Below are positions 11,401 to 22,261 of a stretch of DNA of 64,000 nt, one piece after another. The notes beneath the pieces are model-generated. The model did no database searches, was not told the origin of the DNA, and worked only from the letters and a program-made list of their open reading frames with translations. The position numbers and the translations under genes are program-made. The DNA comes from Balanoglossus misakiensis (taxonomy: Eukaryota > Animalia > Hemichordata): NCBI GenBank assembly GCA_040954595.2, contig CM082581.2, positions 6,688,699-6,752,698 of the forward strand, in the 5' to 3' direction. Positions within the stretch are counted from its first letter, which is position 1. Every line of letters starts with the position of its first letter.

Positions 11401-14400
11401 TACATTCAGATAAAATTTTTGTTATGAAAATGCACTGTACCTTTGTGTGCCATTTCTTTGTAAAGTTTGTCTCCGCTAGACTTGATATCCGTCTTGACTT
11501 TATTCACTGACTGCTCACGTGTTTGTTCAAGCTGATTGGCCGAGTCCTCATCAAGACTGTTCTCCAGGTCGTTCATTTCGCTCCGTTGCTGTGACAACAG
11601 GTGCTCCTTCGCCTCAATGTATCCTTGGGGATCTGTGAGAGACGTAACAGAAAACAAACGATCACTTAAAAGAGCAGTTATCTCATCATTAAGTGATTTC
11701 TGTAAAGCAGTTTTACAGGTGATAAATTAGATGAAGGGACGTCTTTACGAGATCTGAAAACCGATGCAGCCAGATATATATTCCATTAAGTGTGTGGGAT
11801 TGTTAATCGTTACAAAGAGGTACTTAAACTGGGTCATTTATTTAACAAATAATGTTGCCATGGTAACTCTCCATGCAATGTAACCCAGCATAACATGAAT
11901 GAAGCAAATTAATTTTGGGTAATATAAAGTATTCTCTATAATGCCTGAAGTTAGTTCATTTTGTCACTGTGCTTGTCAGTAAAGCTACAGTACTGTTTTG
12001 CCTGAGTCCCTTTCATTCAGACAATCTTTTGCTTCTTTTCCTGATTCTAATTTTCATTGGTCTTCAGTCAGCTACTAAAACAATTTCTTTTGCTGTCCAT
12101 AACTATATCACTGAGAACAATGATATTTGCATGACTTTTGGAGTGCAATGAATACGACCAACTCACCAACATTTCCATTCTGGGCTTTGACTTTCTGTTT
12201 CTTTTCAAAATCTGCAAGTTCTTGTTTGTGCTCACGCTCCTGGACAAGAAAGATGAAATGATTAAAATAAGACATTTTTTCCACATTATTGTTATTTTAA
12301 ATTGTGACCACATTTCACAACAATTGGAGCACATTTTATCTTAATTTTCATCATTCATTTTCATCTAGTCACAAGGAATCCAATTTCTTGTTTTTTACTA
12401 GATCAACAACACTTTTCCACAACTGGCAGCCAGTTTATTTGCCTCCATCATAAATGTGTTCAATTTTTCACCATAACAGATTTGTTACCTTTTGTTCAAT
12501 TCTCCTCTTTTTCAATTCACTGAGCCTCTTGTGGAGATTATCTTCATGTTTCTTCTGATCCGCATCGAATTTCTGTTTCATGGCAACAAGATCCCTCCTG
12601 ATCCTCTCCACGTATTCCGCCGCCTGCTCATCGGTCAGCTTCTCGCTCTTCACTAAAGTCTTGATCACGTCCATCTGCTGCGTTGCCATGGTATTCAGCA
12701 AGTCGCTATGGTAATCTTCTTGGCTCTCCTTTAAATTGTCATCAAAAAATGAAAACGTTATTATCAATCTGCATGGAACAGCATTACAATATGTATTCAT
12801 GAAGTAAAGCCCAGACTTATAACACTTTCTTCAAACCCTGCCAATCAATATTTCTGGGATAAGTAAAATTGGAAAACATTGTGTACGCTAAAATTTCAAC
12901 CTCAGCTCTGTCATAGCTGCTGCTTCATAAGCTCAGGTGAGCAGATTTGTGCAGCCAAAATGTAAGACACTATATTATTTTTACATTGAATACTTCTTAT
13001 ATTTATGTCATATTTGGAATATGAAAATATTCATTTCACTGTTGATGAGCGCTTACACTACCTTTGAATCAGCCAAGGCCCTTCTCCTTGCGAGTTTCTC
13101 ATCCAGAACCATCCTCTGACGGGAGATTTCTTCATCCATGAACTTCTCGATCACTCCCATGTTTTTCTTGTGTTGCTTCATCAGCCAGGCGGCCTGCTCT
13201 TCCGTCAGTTTTCCTTGGTTTTTCACGTACTCCAGGAAGGAGTGTTGGAGAGTCTTGACTGCCATGCGCTTGTGGATTGCAAATTCCTGCAGAAGCAATT
13301 TTAAATCTGTCAGTTATAATCTAAAATACACAGTAATTAAGGCCCTCAAACGTATATCTGTAACCAGGGTTTCATATACGGTACTCCATGAGTTGCAACT
13401 GAAATATTGACCACAAAGTTACTTTTACCTTTCGTAACTTTTCCTGTTCTTCGTCTTGTTCCAGTTTGAGTAAATGTGTCAATTCATTCTCTTCAGCTTG
13501 GTGTTGTTTCTCAATCAAATCCAACATTTCTTGTCGTTCCTTGGAGAGAAAAAACATCAAAAAATTTGTCAGAAGCAGTTCAAAATAAAAACTATTTAAA
13601 TCTAAATTTGACTTTTGAACTGACTCTGCCCACATGAATCTATATTGTAACAAAAATCATAGATTGTCTATGCTAAAATAAGTTTTATATTGCATCATAT
13701 TTATGACTTAATACTACAACTTTCTGGTTCACAATCTCTTATAAAGATAGCGTAATATATCTGACAATTCTTACCTCTTTTGGAATATTTTCAGTCTGTA
13801 TTTTGGCATCTCTTCTCTCTAGTGCCTGCTTCTTATGAAGTTTGGCAAGTTTTCCCTGTCATCAGACAAAACGACCAGTACAAGAATGAATCAAAGGTGC
13901 ATTGGTCATCTAAGCAAAAATTACTATGGAAAACGGAAATATAACAAGTGCGATTGAATATGCTGGATTGAGATGGAAAAACTGAATTAAAGTCTCTACC
14001 TTGTTCTGTGCACTTAATCTCTTGATCAATTTAGCAGATTCCTGCTTGTACTCATCGCTCAGCCTCTTGTTCAAATCCTTCAGATTCCGTTGGAATTTAT
14101 TGACCGTCTTCTCCTCCACATCCTTGGAGATGTCGCGGTTCATCCTCAGACTCTGCACCAGAATGATGACGGCCTCCGTCATCATCTCCACCCTCTGAAT
14201 CTCAAGTTCAATGTCGACGGTGATGGTGCACAAGACATCCAAACTGGAGGAGAGATGAGAAAACAAACAAGTCTCAGACAAGGGTATATTCTAAGACACT
14301 CAGTAATGGGTGTAATGTAAGATTTCAGAACCTTTCTATGAAAGTGGGAAAAAGTCCTCTTTCAAATTATTCAAATTATTACAGTAATGGAGGACACTGT

Positions 14401-17400
14401 GCTATCTCCTTCAATTATGATTTGCAACGAACAATTGTATGCAAGTTTATTATTTTGAAGACTTGTCTATCTTGAAAGATTGTGTATATATGTCAGCATT
14501 CACTTACTTGTCAAGTTCACGGTGTACCTGAAGTTTATCCTTCAGAACCAAAATGTGTATGATGCTCTCATCAATTGCTATCAAACTGTCAATTCAGGGG
14601 GAAACAAACAGAAGAGATATTTTATAAATTATAAGTACATAAAACTTGTAAGTATTAGTAAGATGTTAGTCAAGCTATAACTTGTAAGAACTACTCTCAT
14701 AATTTCATATAATATAGTAATACCACCAATGGCACACACAACAGAATATTTCCAGTTGCTATCTATGACAACAGATAATAGGTAGAATTGTAAGGAATCC
14801 AACAATTGGATACTTGTATCATTAGGACAAATACCCATCTAAGAATAGTAATGGGAGGCAAAATTCTCACCTAGATTCCTTGATAGTGTTAAATCCAGCC
14901 TTGTACGCATCTTTCGAACTCATTATCAAACCCGGACGACTTCCTCGCTTTCCGCCGGAACTGTACTCTGGCTCGATGGACGCGAATGGAACACTCTTCT
15001 TCAAAACTTTGATCCAGATCAAGAGGAAGACGGCCACCAATATGGCGGCGATGATCAGAGCCAAGAAGAAAGCCAAGGCGCCGGCTCCAGCGTTGTACAA
15101 GTAACTGAACTCTTCCTCTTCCACTTTGTTGATGCAGGCTTCGTCACTCGATGTGTAGGATTTCCCCGGGTACTGAGAAGAATAAGATACAAATTATTCA
15201 TGAAGATTCATCTAAAATTAACCACAAAATGTGTCCTCACAGGACTGAGTTAATCATATGGGTGAACAGAATACCGGTATTTACAAAGTCTACCCAAAAG
15301 AATTGCCACATGTATAATTGATTTAAAAATTAAAAATTAAAATTCGTTTTGTAATTTGAAAAAAAGCTACAGAAACTCCACCATAATGAACAGTGGTTAC
15401 ATCTATCGGTATATACAGAGTATAATGAATGTAATATTTGATATTTTTGGCATTGTACAGGTTATTCAACGAATTTCATGGAGTTTAAAATTCTGGGACT
15501 TGGCAGGACTTTCCGGGAGCATGGCATATATATAGAGAGAGATTAATCTAATTCTTCACTTACTTCAGTGGTTATTGACTCAGCTGGTAAGGAATCATAT
15601 GTCACCTGTGCTGTGTAGACACTGGGAACTCCTGTGTTGAGTTTCAGCGAGTTTAGATTGTAGAATGCCTTAAAAGATAGGAACATTGTTTCCCCAACTG
15701 CAGCAGGAAAAAAAATTAGAAGGGAAACAATTACAGCAAAAAGTTTGGAATCTGTTGCGATTTGTACGTGTGGTTTGTGCATTGATTTTTATCATTTCAC
15801 CTCCATGTGTGTTTTTCAGTGGTTGTCACATCAAGTTGTGTATTAAACACCCTTTTGACCATATACAGACATATGCTAAGTAGATGTGACCATATACCTT
15901 TAATCTAGATAAAGCTCATAAAAGCAGAAAATACCTGCTAAACTGTCGAATCTCCAGGTGATCACGCTGTTGACCACAGTGAAGTCCGGAGTCACAAAAT
16001 ATGGAGGCACCATATCATCATACAGCAGGATCTCTAAACCATGCATTGGAAAGTTCAACACTACAGAATATGCAGTGGCTAAGGATAATATCGAGTGACT
16101 GACAGTTACGTTGAATCGCACCACCTCTGTGGTGTAGTCACCTCTGACCTGCTGTTGAAAAAGCTGGAAGGATAAAACAAAAATAGGCATTTATCCCAAA
16201 TTTCAACATTCATAATTTTTCAGTGATTGATTTTGATCCTTTTTGGTTTGAATGGTTTTCGACATTATTCGAATTGCATTTTTATCATTTCCCTTGTCTC
16301 TTACTTTCAGATAGTGTACATCATTCAAACAGTAGGGTGAAAATCAGTTTCAGTACCATCAGATCAGAGCTCAAACGACTGACATGCTTCTTGTATCATT
16401 TTTGATTGATGTGATTCATTTATGATGCCGACATGTATCACGCGTTAAGGTAATATTCTCAAATAATCTCACTGTCCATTAATCAAATTCCATCTCAACT
16501 CATCAATCATGGATGTTATGATATAGCACATGGGTAATGTCAAAACTATGGGAACAGAGTATTCCCTTGCATCCCTGATTGTGCATTATTTTGTCTTGGT
16601 TTGAACGTATTGAAGTTCCACACTTACTGCTTCTGATGTTGCGTACACTTGAAGTTCTGGTTCTGAAACTTCCATACCATAGATCGACTCCAGTATAGCA
16701 GTTTTGCCGTTAAAGTTCATGTACAGAGCGTAGTCCAGAAATTCTCCAGGATTCGAATCAGCTGTTTGGGGCAGGATATAGAACAGCTGCCATAAAAAAA
16801 GAAGAAAAAAAACAGAATATTAATATTTCAAGAAGTTTTAGGTGAATAACATTTTATTCATTCATTATTAAATCAGACTGGATCTCTTCCTGTAAAGACT
16901 ACTCTGGAAATTATCAGCCCGATAAATTTTCAAATGCAAACTATAAACACAGATATTGGCACATCTTCGCTTTCATAGAGTATAATACTAAGTCTAAAAT
17001 AAAAACAAAATGGCTGACAATTGTCACCATGGATACCACCACACATGTCATATTCAACGGCATCACCATGACACTTGACCTTTAAATCTTGTTGACTACT
17101 GTAAATCTGATTACTAGTCTATCTTACAATGAACACCTGTCATTAAAATGATGAACTCCACAGTCACTCATTCCACGTCAATAAAGTGGGACCTCACGAT
17201 TTATACCTCAGTAGATTTGTATGTCTTAGTAATAAATTTAATGAGATTTAATGAAATTATCACACAACACACCCTTGATAATATCCTTGGAAGCTTTGCA
17301 TCATTTATGTACATGTTATTAGCGACAATATCCTTGAACTCATTCCAAAAATCTGATTTCCTTTCTCCTAGTAGAGTGGTCTTGATTTTTTTTAAAATGA

Positions 17401-20400
17401 TCAGTTTTTGTTTCTGGATTATGACTTGTGACAGTGTGAGAAGTTTTACATTTAGCTGTAGTCAAAAACTGTGGTTGGAAATTTAAAATTAAGATGCAAT
17501 TTTTTATCCATCCATCCATCTGGCACTTATTGTCCATGTCAGTTGGATTGGGACTTCATCCCTGCATTTGCATTATGTATTGTATAGTACACACTGAAAC
17601 ATATTGCACAATGGAATTTCACACAAAATAGAGCAGTAGGTGTATAAAAAGGTCAAACTATTGACTTTTCTTTGATGTAAAATGAAAATAGTGTCCTCAG
17701 ATTGATATTGTTGATCCCAATATCAAAGCTCATAAATCTTGCCAGAACTGCAACCTGCAACGAAACTTATCATGACAGCTAAAAACGCATCAAAGTCTTG
17801 GCCTCCAACAAGCAGCCTCTGAAAACTGATACAGAATGTTGCCCTTTGTGTGGCTGCTTTTCTGGAAACCCATTACTGTGCTGTCTTTTAAACTCTAGAC
17901 GTATTTGAGAAGATGACAGGATATAGAGTTCGCTAATTTATTGGATTAATGGTGACATTTATGTCACCCATCAACCCTGCTCAGCATTACTTGGCAGATG
18001 GAGTAAACCTCCCACACATGCATTCAGTGGAAAAGAATATTTGTGCCAGTATGTCTGTCGATGTGTAATGTACATGCACGTACAGTGTACATGTATCTAT
18101 GTTGCATTATGTAACTATGTGTATGTGGTTGTGCGTGTGTGCATGTGTTCAATGTTTTCTCTCTGAGTCATAGGCATAAAACAACATAGATGACGACTGA
18201 AGTGCAAACTCAGATGGAAAACTGATAACAGGTGACTGCATCACTCTATGTACCTGTAACCATGTACACACAGATCGCATGATTGATGCTGATGTTCAAA
18301 TATATCATGCTATGGCATGATATACGCCTTGAAAAAATGTCTTTTTTGTTGTTGCCATGGAAGCATCCAAACAGCCCCAAATACTCATGAAGTCTGCAAA
18401 CACTAGATATGATCTTGGGCATTGTCTGTTAAGATTGTCACAGAATTTTAAACAAATGCAATTGTAAACCCTCTTTAAAATAGCAGTTGAAAAGATTGGG
18501 TTTTTTAACTTCTACTTACAGAGATAGAAAGCCTTGCATCCAAGTTGTCATTATTTACAATGTCCCCTACATTCCATGTGGCCGTGGTTTGGGACCCAGT
18601 GGCGCGTTTCCGCCTGGCCAGGCCGGTGTAGTCGTCGGTTACAACGCTGTAGCTGGTGATGTTCAGAGGTACTGTGATGTTGTATAGTGTGCTGTTGTAA
18701 CTGCAATATGCTGCGCTGACATTGAGTGGAAGGCTATCAATGGTGGGTGACGCAAAGACTAAAATAGTGGGAAAAATGGGGGGAAAATGTTAAGTGTGAT
18801 ATTTGCTGTTTACGATGAAAAAAAGGGACATTAAACAGTTCTAAGCCAATAAACCTACCCCCTCCCTAAATCCCTCCTGGAACATTCTGATAGTGTAGTG
18901 CTGTGGTTAACTACACAACAGAACTAGATACCATTGTTATGGTAGAAAAATTACAGGGTAGTTTAATTGCTCAGGAGAGAGCTAGTACGCCTTCAGCTAT
19001 AATATTTTCCTCAAGCATGCAGAATGAATCAGTCATGCATCCTACGTCTACGACCAGGTCTAATATTCCCAAACGACAGAAATGCCAACAAAATTCATGA
19101 AAAAGAAAAACGTATCACTTCTATCAGTATACATTGTAAAGCTAAAATTTCACACCGATTGCAATTGCTCAATTTTTAAAAGACATTCGTTACAAGACAA
19201 CAAATAGTGGATCAGATTTTAAGAAAAAACAAACTGTCACGTTGCAATAGAATTTATTCTTATTTGCCATTTGAGAAATATCTTCGAGTGAGAACGATGA
19301 AAAAAAAGTGCACATTTAAGGGTTAATTGGATTCAGTGTAGCATGCAAATGAGTCTCGCCGTTTATAGCAGAGTGAAGCTAATATCATAAAGGAGATTGC
19401 AACGTCAATGCATTCAGTTACTAGAACAGGCCAATTAATGTATTCTGTTTGTGTACAACAGTACATCATACACTTGCTCAAATTAAAGATTCTATATTTT
19501 TTTTTTATTTTCCTAGATAAATAAACAACCAGACAGCAATTGCTGTGATTAAAATAAATGCGAGTTTTGCTGTTAAGTATTACACGCACGTGCAAGGGGA
19601 ATAAATATTCATTCTGTAGAAAAGCCTGAAGTGAGCAGATTCTGTACAGTCCTTACACAGGTCAGCTTTTGTGAAATAAGAGAAGTTTCATTGATAGCGT
19701 CAATATTGAAAATGTCTCTAGGGTTTTAATAGCAGTACATCTTGCACATGATTCAATGTACCTGTTATTGTGAATCATATTTGGATATTATTTTATTACC
19801 AATATCCATCAGCAATGTTTAGTCTGTAATAATTTTGTTATCAATTTTACAATCGTAATCATCACCATTCATTGAGGTCGTCATCATAATTATTTAATTG
19901 TAACAATTTTAAAATCAACAAATTTCAAGCAACCATTACTCATCAGCAATTGTTATAGTTTTTTCATCACTTTTATCATCATCATCATCCTTATCATTAT
20001 TCAATTATTAAAAAAACTAAAAAAACTCTAAGAAACAATATGAAGTACAATTATTAATTGGTTATTTTACAAAGAATCAAAATACCAGGTTGTCAAGAAC
20101 ACTTACCCATGACCAAACTAACTCCGGTTAAAGTCGATTGTGGAAAGACTATATCTACCACAGCCTCTTGTTCTTTGTCAAACGGCACAGATCCGTAAAT
20201 GACATCCTCATCTGTGGTGTACGTGGACGTCGCTTCTGGACCGGTGAATGTCACGGTCGTGTCGCTGCTCATCGTGTTCCCCGAGCCATACTCGACCAGC
20301 ACGTGAATCGTGATGTTCTCCCCGATGTCGGGCGAATACGACATGGTGCTGGCCAGTTCGACCGTGACGTTTTCGACGGCCGCCGCGCTGCTTGTGGTAT

Positions 20401-20722
20401 CGACAGTACCAAAGTCAACGGTCACCTCTGTGTTATCGACGCTGTACGTTGGGGTCTGTGTCTCTGTGGTCACACCCGTGCTCAGCACGTAGTTGCTAAC
20501 AGTCAGTGTGACATAGTCACTGGAGATTGTTACATTGCATAGAGTTGAAGCACCAGCTTGGAAGGCGATGGTGGCCGTCAGCAGGAATTCCTCGCCAAGC
20601 GCAACCTGTGAAGCGTTGCTATAGATTTCTGTGTCCACGACAGTGGCATCAGTGTTACTGGCCAGAACTGCACACATCAACAGTGTGCCCAAAAAACTCA
20701 AATTGCATCTTTTAGTGGCCAT
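5429..20722 (-). CDS. EVC2: EVC2 / limbin (Ellis-van Creveld complex subunit 2), multi-exon type I membrane protein
   Basis: ATG at 20722 with a signal peptide (MATKRCNLSFLGTLLMCAVLASNTDA). Beta-rich ectodomain exons at 20107-20722, 18571-18758, 16628-16786, ~15934-16160 and ~15562-15700. A single TM (AGAGALAFFLALIIAAILVAVFLLIW) lies in exon ~14871-15173, followed by many coiled-coil exons with EVC2-like motifs (DIELEIQRVEMM, MDEEISRQRMVLDEKLARRRAL, ILQEHEKQLVKLENSLTLNKLRQ). Final exons are 7250-~7450, ~6239-6328 and 5429-5726, with TAG at 5429-5431. Head-to-head with an EVC-like gene. Confidence 0.85.
5788..6032. mobile_element. MITE-like element in the last EVC2 intron
   Basis: Imperfect inverted repeats ccttcaattaagctccac (5788-5805) and gtggagctttaattaaagg (6014-6032) flank ~210 bp of non-coding sequence. 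Confidence 0.45.
8997..9010. promoter_or_regulatory. RFX X-box (GTTGCCGTGGCAAC), EVC2 intron
   Basis: Matches the RFX consensus GTNRCC-N-RGYAAC; one mismatch from the palindrome GTTGCCATGGCAAC. Confidence 0.45.
11854..11867. promoter_or_regulatory. RFX X-box (GTTGCCATGGTAAC), EVC2 intron
   Basis: Full 14-bp consensus match. Confidence 0.5.
19850..20010. repeat. degenerate (ATC/ATT)n low-complexity tract in an EVC2 intron
   Basis: Runs such as atcatcatcatcatcc and atcgtaatcatcaccattc. Confidence 0.5.
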
Positions 20723-21878
20723 GGTTACAGCGTCAGTGCTTTTCCTCAGGTGTTTCTTTTAATTTCTCCAATGCCTGTGATGGGTAAGGAAGTAAAAAAA
20801 AGAGAGAGATTTGATTAACAACTGTGTGACCAATCAATCTCACTATTTTCAGTTACGGTAATTAATTGGACAGCCCACAGAAAGTGCTGGTTGCCAGTTT
20901 TGTTTTACTGCTGGTGTCCTATGGGTGATCAAAAAACATTCTAGTGGCTCTATGCAATAATGTATATTCTCCAGAAATGCTCATGATAATGCAAAAGAAA
21001 AAGAGTTAAGGTCAGATTTTGGTTTAAAAATTACTGATAATTCAGTTCATAATTATAATATTTCAATTTTGCCAAACTTGACTATAAACCTTTAGCACAC
21101 TAAATTAATATTAACATAATCTTTACAAGAATATTATTCTCATATCGTATCTGCCTTTTAGTTCAAATATACGTAATCCTGTATGCAATGACTAGAAGAT
21201 TTGACGGAATTACAGGATCACATTCACTGAGCATATTAATCGATATAATCGATCTCAAAATACAGTATAACCTTCCGTGGTGTACATAATTAATTATCCA
21301 CTCTAATAAAATGGTTCATTGTAAATTCTCAGCTCACGTTCAGACTATACCTGGTTTGTTGTGGTGGGGGTTTGACAATCCCTGAAGAACTGTGATAAAC
21401 TCTCTATATATGATAGAAACAGGCTATTGCAGAACCTACAACAGATCGACACACACACATGTACCGTCCATACCATACCACACACACACGATGCACTAGT
21501 CAGAACACTTACACTTACTATGTGTACAATCATGTAACCAACGCAACCGTACGTACCTGACTCAATATTCGGTGTAGCGTTCTGTTCTCTGGAGATATCG
21601 CTGACAGCTACATTATACCTCTTCGCGACCCGATGACACGATCGTCCGGAATTTAGCCCAGAATGGTTGTTTCGACCCCAGAACAATAGCAGACACTCGT
21701 CACACAATGACCCGATTACGATACAACGATCTGTTTGGGGAAACACCAAGGAGATCCACAGCTAAACTAAACTCCCTAGACTGTTTCAAGATACCCCAAA
21801 ACACAACTGCCCAGAAAGTCAAGAAATCATTGTATTACAGAAACTGTCTGTGATCGAACAAGTATTGTAATATCTTAC

Positions 21879-22261
21879 GTCGATTTCTGTCTTTTGCTCT
21901 CAAAGTGTTGGCCTTTACCGTGACATTTTCGAACTTATCAAGTAAATGAAATATGAAACCGATTATTATGGTAACCCCGCTCAAAATATTGACAACAAGG
22001 ATAGCGATTTATTTCATCCTTATTTGGTAGTTGGTTTACCTTATTTGGAAAATATTCTGACGTCACTCACGGCGGAGATCCTTTCACTTAGTTAGAACAT
22101 GGCGGATAGGTCTTCCCTTGCGAATCCATTGTAGACTTCACACGTTCAGTAACTTTGCGGTGGCCCCCGGAGTTCTTGCAAGGTCGGAAACCCCACGTCT
22201 GAGTAGCCTGTTTCCATTTCTGTAGTAAGGAACGCGATCGGTAATCCCATCACTTCTAAAT
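21879..22261. promoter_or_regulatory. putative EVC2/EVC bidirectional promoter and 5' UTR region
   Basis: EVC2 non-coding first-exon donor at 21877-21878 (GAC|gtaaga) pairs with the acceptor at 20775-20777. Two CArG boxes CCTTATTTGG (22018-22027, 22039-22048), a CRE TGACGTCA (22058-22065) and a YY1 motif AACATGGCGG (22096-22105). CpG is locally enriched. Confidence 0.65.

Noticed and set aside
21345-21749. 134-aa minus-strand ORF between EVC2 and EVC
   Set aside because: Non-ATG start, (TG)n-derived Cys/Val composition, and it lies in the EVC2 5' intron/UTR region.
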